This document shows, piece by piece, positions 13,201 through 26,116 of a DNA stretch of 64,000 nt; position 1 is the first letter of the stretch; every line of letters begins with the position of its first letter. Position numbers and translations under genes: made by a program. The DNA comes from Chrysomallon squamiferum (taxonomy: Eukaryota; Animalia; Mollusca), in the NCBI GenBank assembly GCA_012295275.1, contig CM022665.1:14446001-14510000 (forward strand), read 5' to 3'. The notes under the pieces were generated by a model, which searched no databases, was not told the DNA's origin, and saw only the letters and a list, made by a program, of their open reading frames with translations.

Positions 13201-15928
13201 GTTCTCATTATAATGTTATTGTTATTAATCAAATGTTAGTATTGTTATTATTATTTTAAAAGAATATGTAAAATTAAAATTTACTAATAAAAACACAGAC
13301 TTGATGTTTAATAAATTTTAAATTTGGAAATATTATAAATTCCACATCACTATTTCTACTAATAAAAAAAATTAAATAAAAAAGTGTATATATTTGTTTG
13401 TGTGCGTGTGTATTTATGTATGTATGTATGTGTATATATGTTCATGTATGTATGTATATGTTTGTATGGATGTATGTATGTATGTATACATGTGTATTAG
13501 TTATTAATATCATTTGTATAATTTACTATAAAAAGAATTTTAATACTAAAAAAAAATAATAATAAAAAATAAGAAGAAGAAGAAGAAAAAAGAAAATATA
13601 AATAAATTAAAAAAAAATTTCCCTCACATTTACTGTTTGTTTCACAATTTAAACAGTATGTCACAATTAATACCAATTACCTGATACTATATTACTTTAT
13701 AGTAGCTATATTTAGAAAACACCACCATATAAATTACAAGGATTAGTTATTAGAGTTTTTGTAACATTACCTCGGATGCCACCTATAAAAACAAAACAAA
13801 CTAATAACAATCCAAACAATAAAGTAGTCTATTAAACAGTATTTTGAAGAAAAAAAAGAGTAATTCTATAATTTTTATATGAATCATGGGAACATTTGGA
13901 ATGGTACACCACCCATTTACTCAGAACTGTGTAAAAATGATCAATAATGGAAAAGCCTTCATTTTAGGATTTTGTATCCCTGAAGCTGCACACAGTTTCT
14001 GAGCAGTTAATATTTGAAACTCATCTGACTATCAGATTATGAAGTTCTGGGCTGCTGTTTCCTTTTGAGATACAAAAATCATCAGTGATTCTCTTGAAGC
14101 TCAATATCTGCAGAACATGCTTACCTTTCAGTTTGACTTGTTTTTCAACAGCTTCAAGATCTCGCTTGTTTCTGTAATCACCTTTGTGTAATGACAACCA
14201 GTTCTTACATACAAAAACCCACGTCCGGTCAGTTTTCAAGTTGGTCACTTCTATCTTGTCCAAATACCAGCTATGTCTTTTCTGTAATCCATCATGCTGC
14301 AATAATAAGAAAAAGAATAACAACAGTAATAGTAATGATGATAACAACAATAATAATAATGAAAATATTCATGTTTAATTTAATACACAAACAACATGAT
14401 CAGACAAAAAGACAAACACGAAGTTCATTCAAACAACTGGATTCATGAAATAAACTATTATATCATTAACAACTCTTATATATAATAAAGATAGCTTTAC
14501 AAATTAAAGCAGTGCTGGTAAGTAGAGGTTTATTTAAGACTAGTAAGTAAATTAAATCAATTTTAGATTCTGAATCCATTTTAATATATATAAATGTATA
14601 TATTTTTTTAAATCTGACAAAATGAATAAAAAAAAAAAAAAATTATTAAAGAATGAAAATACAGAACAAAATTAAACAAAATAATAATTAAATACATGTT
14701 AAATCATGGGTCTAAATTTTAATAATAATAATCTTTAAAATTTTCTGTTAGAAAATGTGACCATTTAGTCAAAAAGTCTGGCAGTAATGCAACATTAATG
14801 AGAACTGTCATTGTAAATTTTTAGTTCAAGAATGATAAAATTATACCTTATTTTCCTATTATAAACTTTACTGAAATACACAGCTAAAACACTGAAAATT
14901 CCAGAAGATCTAAAATCACTATATAAATTCTACAAACTTCTCTGTTATTTATTATTATTATTACTTTTATTTTATTTTCTTCTTTTTTAACGTTTATTAA
15001 ATCAGATCTCATTTATTTTAGTTTAGGAAACAAAATACAGATTTGTTTGTTTAATGATACCCTAACAAAAAATAAAATTGGCTATTGGATGTCATTCAAA
15101 GATAAATAAAATAATTATTTAAAAATAAGTCAGTAAATAATAGATACTTTTAAATTATCTCATAAAATGCAATAGCGTTAAAAAAAATTAAAATAAGATG
15201 TGAATGAAATCTAAATGATGACAATTAAGAATGCAAACCCAGACCTACAACACATTTACCTGCATTTTTAATGAAAATTAGCAAGTTGGCTACACTTCAT
15301 TCATTAACTAATTTTATAATATTACCTCTTTAAATTTTTTATTGTGCATCATCTTTTGATCTGTGATATTTTACAGCTAATGTACTGTAAATGGAATTAT
15401 TAAAATATACTCTGTCTGTTTGGAAGATACAATGTATATAAGAGCTATTTAGAGGTATTTTTTCCACTTGCTATGCATTTTACATAACATTCTTGTAAAT
15501 TTGAAATACAGATATATATATTATATGATTATTATATATACTAGTACCATGTTCAACTCTAAAATGCATACATTTACAAACACAAGCTATCCAAACATAC
15601 AAACACACACTACATGCACAAACACACTGCATAAATACACACACATGCACACATACACTCAGTTATACATGTGCTTACCCACACACACACATTCTCTTTC
15701 TCTCTCTCTCTCACAACCAAATGAAAGTTATTAAGTACAAACAAACTCCATGTATAATATTCCAAATGATATTTCTTATTTCAGGAACATAATATAGCTG
15801 AGTCTTTATCAAATGTTTAATAGACATTGAACATGTTACTAATTAAATACATTAGGGAAGAGGTGTTTGCCCTAAGAATAATTAGAAAATTTGGCTATAT
15901 AGTGTTGAGCAATAATAATAGGATTTAA

Positions 15929-15978
<50 letters not shown>

Positions 15979-18400
15979 CTTTAAAAAATATTAAATTATA
16001 TTAAAAATGTTCAACAAGATCATTTAGGCTGGAATTAGAAATATTTTATAATGAAATAAAAACAATGGAATTAGTAAATTAATTAATGTTTAATTAGCTA
16101 CCTCAACAGTCAGATATTGCAGGTCCCCCAGTTCTGGACCTTTCACAAAGAAAGTGTCTTTTGAGCCTTGCACAAAACAAAACTTGTTTGACCTCTGGCT
16201 TTTTGTAAGCTTTACTTTGGGCAGGTAATCTTTAGTGCCCTTTAATGCAATGGATACCTGAAAATAAATACATAATTAAAATCAATATTAAATCCATAGA
16301 CTTACACATTTTGAAATAAACTGTTAAAAACTGTACTGTAATTAAATTACTGACTTGGCTAGCACAAGGATAATTTCCTAACACCTACTCCTACACATAT
16401 GCAACAATAGAAATACACACACACACACTTTAACCTTCAACAAATGTAATCTTAAGTCAAATGGTTGATGGACAACCAAGATATACATATCTATCCATCT
16501 ATATATATATATTATGTTCAGGTAAAAACCATAGTGACAAAAATTACGAATACTGATGTTAAAGTGTCAACATTTCATGTATGGATGTATGAATATTTAT
16601 TTAGTAATATTCTAAACAAGCTGTAATATTAAATATCATTTAGGAAGCAATACCTATTTATCCTTTAGTGGTAAGGGATCATTTATATGTTCCTAACCAA
16701 AGGCAGGAAAATACATTGATCATACTGCATTGCTTGAAAATACAATAGTGACTATAACTGATTTTCTAAGCCAATCATTCATCACAAGAGTATATTATTT
16801 ACTCATCTAAACTCCATTCTGTTTAATTTTTTAATATAAACTTACAACAGCACCAGTTCCAGCACCATCATCTACTCCAGTCCACACAACCACCTTGTAA
16901 GAGACATCATACATCAGTGTTGGTTCCAGAATTTTCTTCTTTTGCTTTGGTTTTGGTGCTATGTACTGAATCCGAGCTTTTAGATTTTGCACAGATGCTT
17001 TTCTTGGGTACTGCAATATAGATAAATAAATCAGTAAGTAAGTAAGTAAATAAATAAATACCGTATATACTTGTGTATAAGTCGAATTTTTGGGAGACTA
17101 TATTAAGGTAATATTTTGGGGGTCGACTTATACATAGGTAATGCTTTTGTAGCTGTTGCTGAAGAGTCGCCATTTTGACTATTTTTTGCTACGGGATGCA
17201 TCTAAAATAATCGCGGTCTTTCAGCTTTTCAAAAATATAATTTTATCGTATAAAAAATTTGGAAAAATTAAATAACAAAACCAAATATGAATGTAAAACA
17301 TGATATTCTTCCGTTTAATGACATAAAAATACATTTTAAAGCGAGAAAACCGTCAGTACGGCGTTATGCCTTACGGCGTCTTGCAATGATCTAGGAATGC
17401 AGACTTCTCTGCCAAATTGCACTAAATATCGGTCCTAATTTCATAAACAAAACTCACTTGTGTAATTGTAAAGAATTTGGTGAAATAATATTGCAATCGT
17501 CATTAATATCCACTACCGACAAATCGAAAACAAACTAAATTTCTATAAATGTTCTGCAACAAAAATCAGTTCAACTTCTCGCCATATTTGTTATTCTAGT
17601 CGGTTGCCAAGTGTGCGAAGCCTCAGCCAATTAGCGTGCTAGGAATAGGATCGGGGGCGTGTCTTGTAGCAGAGTTTCGATAGAAAAATATATTGCTGAG
17701 GTTCCGAAATTATCTTACTTTGAATTGCACATGCAAGTTACAGCTCGTGCAAGTTATGTTACAGTAGGCGTACAATGTAGGCCTTTATGGCACTGTCACA
17801 CTGGTCTAAAAATAATGATGGTGCCTGGAATCTACAGTCGACTTATACACAAGTAATACCTAAAATGACGCAATTTTTGGTCTTAAAATACACATCGACT
17901 TATACATAAGGTCGCCTTGTACACAAGTATATACGGTATATAAATATAAATAAATAAATAATCTGCACACACAAAAAAAAAAAAAAAAAGCATTTATTTA
18001 AACAATTATCAAAGAGTGAAAAAAACTGTTTTGAAGATATTTATTGACTGGCTTAATTCAAAGTTTCATTTCAGCTTTCTTTGGACATTAACATTAATAA
18101 AGCTAACCCATAGATATGTTTATTGGTTATTGTTTTCTAAATCACTTATGTATTTTAAACTGCATTTTGGTTGTTTAAGCAAATAAAACACAGATATATC
18201 TGTAGTGCAGATAAAATCTAAGAAAATAGTGAAAAATAATGGAGAAAGAGTGAAAAAGAGGAAGAAATGGGCAGTGTTAAAGTTCTGTCATATGTGTGTA
18301 CATATGTGTGAGAGAGAGACAGAATAACAGAAAGAAAGAACAATGACAGAATGAAACAGGATGAAATTAATGGTCAGTGTGAAAGTTCAGTCATGCATTT

Positions 18401-18449
<49 letters not shown>

Positions 18450-20020
18450 CATGAAATCGTTATAGTACATACAGAATGCAAGTGGTTTCTTTCATGTTCT
18501 TCGATTGTAGAACACAAGTAACAAAAATTGTTGACACTACCTGTGAATAAACAAGAGAGATTGAAACAATTTGTCTGTATAATAAGCCGATACTTTTAAT
18601 TATATATTGAACTGCACTGAACACTTAAAGAAGATATCAGAAATAAAAGTCACTGAATAACTGAAAATCTATATAGGTATAATATTAAATGATAGAATGA
18701 AGAGTTCTGTAGAAATATAAATTAATTGTAATACTTTTATGTTTATAAATATAAATAAGAAAATAACTAAAATAGTAAAGATTCAATAAAATAATTCTTT
18801 AAAATAAAATAATATAAGTAATTAACACAATAACTTTAATATGAGCACACAATGAAATCAAATAATACTATAAACAATATTAAACTGTTAACAGTAATAC
18901 AAAAACTATGACATTAAGACATATCAGTAAACAAAACTAGAACTATATTTTCATACAATATAAATAAAACTGTACTTAATATAATAAATAATGATTAAAA
19001 TATTTAATAAATTTAATTTAAAAACAACGTATACAACTTCTTTACTCATATAAAAACTACTTACATGTTGTGGATGCTACTGATTCTGTATCTGTTGAGT
19101 TTAATGACAGTTCTGAAGCAAACATTACATTTGGTTCATGCCATGACACTTTAGTTTTGTCAGGCTGCCTCACGTTATAAACTGTGAAATAATAGACAGT
19201 GAAAGACATTTAATTGAATTTGTATTTTAATTTTTAGGTTGTGTTACTTCTTTTATTATTATTAATACTGAGAGTACTTATTTGTTTTTTTAATATGGAT
19301 TGCTTTGTTTTTGTTAATAATTTTTTTAAAATTACATGTTACTTTATTTTTAATTTTAAGGTAACAGATTGGACTTTTTTCTTCTTCTTCTTCTTTTCTT
19401 TTTTAAATATTCACAAATAACATTTTTCTTTGTCATAATTATTAATTAAAATTTCTGTTTTAGCAAATGAATAAGATAATCATAAAACAATTTTAAAAGT
19501 TATTGGTTTTCAAGTGCATAAAACCAGCTTTTCTCAGTCATGTCTTCTTTGGTTACATAGTCACGATTGTGACGTTTGTGCTTCAGTAATATTATATAAT
19601 ATGTAACATAAATGGCCAAATGTTTTGACAAACTGCAATTTTGTTCAGGGTACTTTAAGTATTCAAAATACATATAATTAGGCATAAATACCCCTTGAAG
19701 ACTTAGTCACTTAGCCGTTACACGTCAATGGTTAATTACACTATTTTATTTTACTGTGTAATTGTCATCTTTAATATACCTAGGGAGCGTCTGTTGTTCT
19801 CGTGCCAGTATTCTGGTCCTTTCTCTAAACATGGATCAATATAACCCATACGACTCCGTAATCTCAGTTTTGAAATTTCGGTACGTCGACAAAGCGTCTG
19901 CAATGCATCGCCGTATAAACTTGTACTTATTGGTCCCGCCCAAGTTAACTTCGTATCGTTTGAAAATCTGTTGTCCACCAAACAAGACGGTCTCGTCTTC
20001 CAAATGCTCGAATAATTCAT
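3756..20020 (-). CDS. Multi-PLAT/LH2 domain protein (lipoxygenase homology domain-containing, LOXHD1-like), 5 PLAT repeats, ~932 aa
   Basis: Phase-consistent exons (minus): 20020-19780, 19181-19065, 18540-18473, 17010-16846, 16257-16102, 14296-14125, [13782-13771 microexon], 12642-12447, 11655-11607, 11147-11009, 8982-8816, 8064-7978, 7516-7249, 6767-6601, 6385-6299, 5939-~5687 (donor uncertain), 5209-5028, 4538-4452, 3941-3756 (TAA). PLAT signatures Y.V.V.TG...AGTDANV.I...G..G, N.FE.G..D.F, VG.L..I.IGHD..G...GW.L..V and C..WL.KD recur five times. Confidence 0.9.
4310..4382. repeat. (CT)n microsatellite
   Basis: Pure CT dinucleotide run. Confidence 0.95.
8448..8705 (+). mobile_element. hAT-Tip100 (Zaphod-like) transposon terminal fragment in a PLAT-gene intron
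   Basis: CAGAACTGGATTA..GAGGCCCTAAGCACT...GTAATTCAAAATATAAACAATAGTAAACCATAAAA...CAAAGATTCGAAATTAAACAAAACTTAC resembles, from memory, the terminus of Zaphod-type hAT-Tip100 elements. No search was run and only one end is visible. Confidence 0.5.
15930..15977. repeat. (AAT)n microsatellite
   Basis: Pure AAT run. Confidence 0.9.
17061..17936. mobile_element. Non-autonomous Tc1/mariner-pogo (Tigger-like) element / MITE, 876 bp
   Basis: TIR CCGTATATACTTGTGTATAAGTCGA (17061-17085) versus reverse complement of 17912-17936 CCGTATATACTTGTGTACAAGGCGA (23/25). TA target-site duplication at 17059-60 and 17937-38. Subterminal TCGACTTATAC repeats; no transposase ORF. Confidence 0.9.
18407..18448. repeat. 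(GT)n microsatellite
   Basis: Pure GT run just downstream of the exon 3 donor of the PLAT gene. Confidence 0.9.
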
Positions 20021-20094
20021 AATTAGCGAAGTAAAACTACTGCACTAGAAAACTAATCACAATTTATAATAGTAGGAAAGCATGGTAGCAGCCA

Positions 20095-20205
20095 TATTGT
20101 TTATTTATTTGGATTGGTTTCCTGGTACCGCCTCGTTTTCGATTCGGCCGAGGATTTCCGAAGATTTAAATACGGAAATTAATTTTACATTCTTTGACAA
20201 ACATC
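20095..20205 (-). promoter_or_regulatory. Putative promoter of the PLAT gene with X-box-like, CCAAT and forkhead motifs
   Basis: GTTTCCTGGTACC (20117-20129) is a near match to the RFX X-box. ATTGG at 20113-20117, TGTTTAT at 20098-20104. CpG-rich, ~80-180 bp upstream of the ATG. Confidence 0.5.
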
Positions 20206-22364
20206 AATAATTATAATTAATTTTTTATTTGCTGGTTTTGTTTAGCGTTTCTTTGTTTCTAAACGAATATATTTTTACTTTGACTCTTTAACTAAATTAG
20301 TTATTATACAATGATCAACCCTTTTTAGCTAAGGTCTTAACCTTGAAACTTGCAATTGTATTTTCTACTTTTATAAACTTGTCGGTTTTCAATGTATATT
20401 CATAAGCAAATTGTATATCTTACGATTCTGTTACGGTTAATGAATGACTAATGCAGTCTCCTTTTCCGACAATTGTCATGCATTCTGCGGTGCCAGCTTC
20501 GCGCCATATTCAATTAATTATCAAACTATTACCGACGTCACAATCTTATTATCTACATCTCATTTTTTTAATTTTTTTTATTTTTTATTAATTTATTTAT
20601 TTACTTACTTTTTGTTTTATTTTTTATATTATTTTACTTTTTCATAATGTAAATTAATAACTGCAGACGTATAAAAGAACTTATTTATTGTTTATTATTT
20701 TCTTGATTCAAGCAACAGTATTTTTTTGAGTAATATATTAAATACTAGAGAAGAAGAAGAAGAAGAAAATAAAAATAAAAATGACAGAGAAAAAAATGAA
20801 AGAAAGAAAAAAAAAAGAAATAGTATGCATGTATTATCAAAGCTTCTTCCATTGCTTTTATATACACTGCTTGTATTTAATTTTGACTGTAATTATGATA
20901 TTAATATACGAGTAATACATAGATGTTTGGAAAATGAATTAATTGCCATTGGATACTTAGGTGGAGTTTCAAAGGAAACGTAGATATTGCATTAACTGTC
21001 AGTGTATACAAATGGTTAGCTGAAATCGATCGGTTATTGTAATACAGGTGTCACTGAGTCCATGTCACTGTCCACCCTTATAATTTGATTACTTACACAC
21101 CTTGCTGGTATTTTGTAACTGTAATCCAAGGAGATGCTGTTGTTGTGGTTTTGCTTGGCTATACATCAGCTGGTTTACTTAGTTACACCTGTTGCTTTAA
21201 CTGTTGTTGTGTTTGATTATTCAATTATTTAGTTAGTTTGTTGTCGTTCTTGTTGTTATGGAAGAAGACCAGGTGTAGGTGAGACTAAGTACAAATAATC
21301 AGCAAATATGTCAAATACTTAAAAGCATAACACAGTCCTGTAAGTGCGTACGCGTTTTTATGTATGTATTATGTGTGTGTACGTGCGTGTATATGTCTGT
21401 CTTTGAGCCTGTATGTATGTATGGATGGATGGATTTGTACAGTTAAATACGAAGAATAAATAAAGAAAAGGAAAAACAGAAAATAAAAATACATAAATAT
21501 ATAAAAACAGACTGATGAAGAAGATTCAAACAAAAATAATGAAAGCAAAACAAAAAGGAAAAAGAAACGTAGAAGAAAACAATAACGTTATTTAGTCTTT
21601 GGCCACCTGCTATTTTGACACTGAATTAATTTTTACTATATATTTTCTGATCTACCGAAACATAAAAATATACAAATGTATAGTAGTAGTGGTAGTAATG
21701 ATTTTTTATTGGTTTATTGTTTTGTTCTAACGTATTGTAATTTATTAACACTAGTAGTAGTAGTAGCAGTAGCTACTATTAATACTACTTCTATTATTAT
21801 TGTTATTATCATTATTATTATTATTGTTTTTATTGTTATTGTTGTTGTTGTTTTTTTATTATTTATTTATTTTACTGTATTATATTACTTGTCGTTAGCG
21901 GCAAAATACGCGAAACAAAACAAAATAAAAATCAATAATCTTCTTTTGTATTCATTCTCCCCCACCTCCTGTTTAAGAAAACGACCTGTTGTTGTGATTT
22001 GTGTTAAATCGGTCAGACTGTTTTGGAACATTTAGTCATTCTGATCAAAATAGTCTGTCCAGCTTTGGGCAGTTTCAATTCAGTACAGTGTTTGAACTGA
22101 ACCGTATTTGATTGGCATTTACGGTAATAACTTCCGTATGAGTTGCTTTTGTCGTTGTTTTCCGGCGAAAACTCCGAAGTGACCTGACTGATCTAGGTTT
22201 CAGTTCATTAATTCATTAGGCTACTCATAAACAAAGAAAGACGAAGAAAAGCAACATATATTTTATTCATCTGATTGTCGATTTGATTTGAATACGTTTA
22301 TTTATTTATTTATAGTCAGTATCGTATATTAAACCAAAACACAACTGCATTAACTAATTAATTA

Positions 22365-22415
<51 letters not shown>

Positions 22416-22594
22416 TCGTTGTTATTTTGTGCTTATTAATTAAGGTAGTAAATTTAATCAGCTGAAGTTCAAGTGCTTTCTTTTTGGATTCAGTTTAGGG
22501 CAGTATGTAGTTTCTTTTTACAGTGTATATTAACTGAGGGAAGAGAAAAGAGAGAAAAAAAATAGCACCAAGGTTTTGTTTACTATGAAGTCAA

Positions 22595-22810
22595 CGGACA
22601 CGTGTTGAATGTTAATAACACGTTGTCTCGCGATAAAGAGAAGTGACATCGCCTTACGCGCGAAATTAACACCCAGATGACGTCACAGGTCTCATTAGCA
22701 TGAAGATCGGTTGGTTTTGGGATTTCGCAGACAGACGCCATATCAACATCCCTTCGTGCCACATCCGTGACATTCTTGCTATACACCGCCTGTTTACCTG
22801 ATAAAATGCT
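22595..22810. promoter_or_regulatory. CpG-rich motif cluster (candidate enhancer or promoter)
   Basis: Within ~110 bp: CACGTG, TCTCGCGA, GCGCGAAA (E2F-like), a perfect CRE TGACGTCA (22678-22685) and ATTAGCAT (octamer-like). Confidence 0.4.
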
Positions 22811-23787
22811 GCTCATGAAAAGACTCGTTTTTCTTCTACAAATAAATCCACAGCAGGTGTAATGTCACATCATCATAAATCCCAGAATAATCTGAGAACC
22901 CACTTGGTACTTAGGTCTATTTGCTGGCTTTCTATATGTTTTTTTTTGGGGGAGGGGGTTGAGGGGGGGCGCGAATGGGGATGTTGGAGAGTGAATTTTA
23001 TTAATTTATTGGGAGGAGAGAATGCTTTTCGTTGTTTCTTCTTTTCCTTCTCATTGTATTATTATTACTATTTTATTATTTTTTTTTTTTTTTCTTATGA
23101 TTAAAATATGAAGGAAGAATCATACGACCACCATTTCTCTTAACGATTATCAGAAAAGAATCTTTTCTATAAAAAATGTCACACGGTTGTTCATTAACCA
23201 GGAATCGTGCATTAGCTGGAGCAGGCAACGGCAAACTGAGGTGACCTGATTCTGCGCAGAACAATGTTTTGGATCATAAAGCCATGTAAGTTCTATGATA
23301 ATGTCAAAAGTTAGAACACAGACCTCAGACAATGTTTATTTCACTACCTTATTATTATTATTTTTTTTTTAAATGAACAAAATTTAGCTCGCTGCAGTTT
23401 CTGTGTCACGGAGTCCTGCGGCTTCTGCTGATCCAAGACGTCAAACAAATCAATGTTGGCTAATTTATGACATGTCTGGTTCTCAGACGATTATGTCACC
23501 AGATTTTATTATCATTACAGTTCGCATGAAGCTTTGTTATTAATAATCATGGCATCGTTCTCTTTAGTTTTGAAAGTAGTACGAACGATCGAACGGTTCT
23601 TAATAATATTATATCATTTTATTTTGATATGGCTTATTCTAGAAATAGATCTATATATTGTATCTCTAATAACAACAACAACAACAACAGTATTGTAAAA
23701 TTATTTATTATGCAATTACCGTTGCGGTTTATCAATGCTAATGTTTAGTGTATCCTTTCTTGTCTTGAAGGACTCACATACACACAA

Positions 23788-23836
<49 letters not shown>

Positions 23837-25513
23837 CGATTAACATTATAATAATAAATGTTTTAATTAACGTCTAAAAATCGTTAATAGTAAAAACATA
23901 TCGAAATGTTGTTACGTAAATATGTATATATTTCAATATGCTAGCTACCGCATATTCCTGAAGTTTACAGCGTTGGCTATTGGATATTAAATAGCTGTTA
24001 CAAATACAACTTTATTTTATTTATTATTATTATTAAAACAAAATTACCCAGTAAAAGTAAAGATTGCATATTTCATCTTTTACATATCAGCTCAACGTAT
24101 CACAGTCGCTGGAACGCATAGAAACTTAAAGAGATCTGCGCACGAAGCTATCCCTTTGTCACTCTGCTAGTCCCTAAATCATTTCCTTGAAAACTAACTA
24201 TAGATATCGATACAATGTTCTGAAGTAACTCAGTAAGTAGATCACTAAACGAACGCTGACCAAGGCTCCTCACTAAAAGAAAAACGCAAGCTCAATTAGG
24301 GTACGAATGAAAAACTGTGAACTCTTTTGTTCCAATTTAACATTTTACTTTCGGGTGTCAAATACCGTGCGTAGTTATTTGCCAGATTCGTAATGAAGCA
24401 CAAGAATTTGTTTATTTTAGAAGAGCATCGACCGGAGAAACGCTTTTCGCAAAAACAGCTGCAGATTACACCGGCTTTGATAGCTACACACTTATGTCAA
24501 GCTAAAAAGTGTGAAAATAAATACAATGCAGATGATTCTCATAAGTATTAATTGGCGCCATTTCAGTGATGCAGACGATGTTGACTGGTAGCAAAACAAC
24601 TTATGTACGAAAAGTTTGTAGTATGCGCGTGGGCGAGCGTGTGTGTGGATTGGGGAGCGATACAGAAATATTCGGGTGTTATATTGCCTCTAATAATCAT
24701 TAATTAGATGGCTGTTATTAACTATCATATTTCATAACTGCAGTTTGGCAAGCATTAAAATCCGAATTTTTACAATTATTATTATTATTATTTGTCTAGT
24801 CAAATACAGTGAAAGGAACTATCTTTCCACAACACTGCATTATGTTTCTTAGAAGTGACTGGCAAACATAACTAAGCGGTAGTAAATAATTAAGGTATTT
24901 CTACTGTAGACACGTGCTGTGAATTATATATATGTATAATGTATTTATATTTTTAAATTTTGATCGCATCACGATAGGTATAGTTTAATATCCAGTCATA
25001 TCATACTGAATGCTATTAATCTGTCAGTTTCAGTGATATCTGTATACATTTACTTTTCAGTGTTTTTAATAAGCAATAACTTTCAATATTCGTATCTCAT
25101 TCTTATATTTTTTACGACATGGAATTTCCCAGTCTGACAAGATAAACACACGTAATTTGCAAATATCCACTATGCACAAAGCAAAAATAGCCCCGCCTTA
25201 CGATAGGATTGTATCTATCTAAATAAACATAAATTCTTAGTAAAATGCAAAAAATTTTTTTTTTTTTTTTGTGAGATTCCAGGAAGAAAACAAGTCTAGA
25301 TCGAGTTTAGAAGTGTTATCTTCCTGCTGAGAATTACATTCTAAAACACAAATATATACAAAGACAAGAAAATGATAGTGTAAACATTGTGAATTACAGT
25401 TTCTGAACAACAGCAATATTACCTTGACTTGGATAATTTGTTTCATTGCAAGATGGAAAAACATTTAAGTCGGGCATTGACCTTGGGGACTAACTGGATT
25501 TTTAATTTTTTTT

Positions 25514-25550
<37 letters not shown>

Positions 25551-25937
25551 AAATAAAATATAATATAATCATTACAAAGGGCAAATGTTGACTATTTGGA
25601 TATAGAAGTAGTGTAATAATCTGAACAAAGAAAGTTTTTCTTTAACACATATGCATACATAAACATGTATACACTTGAAATACAGCTAATTTAGTACAAA
25701 GACAATATTTTTCTTGATAACAGAAAATACAAGCATTACAAATTTTTTCTTAAAGTTTTAAATTATTATTATTATCATTAAAAGAAAAATCCAGAAAATT
25801 CGCATGCAAAAATACTAATATTCTCGGCTAAAACAAGTTACAGATTTTAATAAAAAGTGTTCAAACCAAGTATGCCTGTATAAACGTACATTTACATACA
25901 CCATAGTAAGAGAATATTCTCTGAAGTATTTAAATAT

Positions 25938-26116
25938 ATGGGGCGGATTCAGCTGGATTGAGCAAGTTTTATGACCCTCCTCATTTAAAAAAAATAAAAT
26001 AAAATAAAATGAAAAGAAAAATGGTTTTAGAAAAAAATCCTCCCCACCCCACACCGCTAGTAAAACCACCAGACTGGATCACCGATGGTACACCCTAATC
26101 TTTGGACCCGCCTATG
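25938..26116. mobile_element. Small degenerate MITE
   Basis: Imperfect inverted ends ATGGGGCGGATTCA ... TGGACCCGCCTATG ~180 bp apart; TSD not clear. Confidence 0.35.

Noticed and set aside
14847-14855. Possible 9-nt microexon (TAG|GAAAATAAG|GTATAA, minus strand)
   Set aside because: Would interrupt the conserved strand before HD in PLAT1, has a weak pyrimidine tract, and is expected by chance in AT-rich DNA.
19762-20022. Plus-strand 86-aa ORF overlapping PLAT exon 1
   Set aside because: Antisense shadow of a real exon, non-ATG start.
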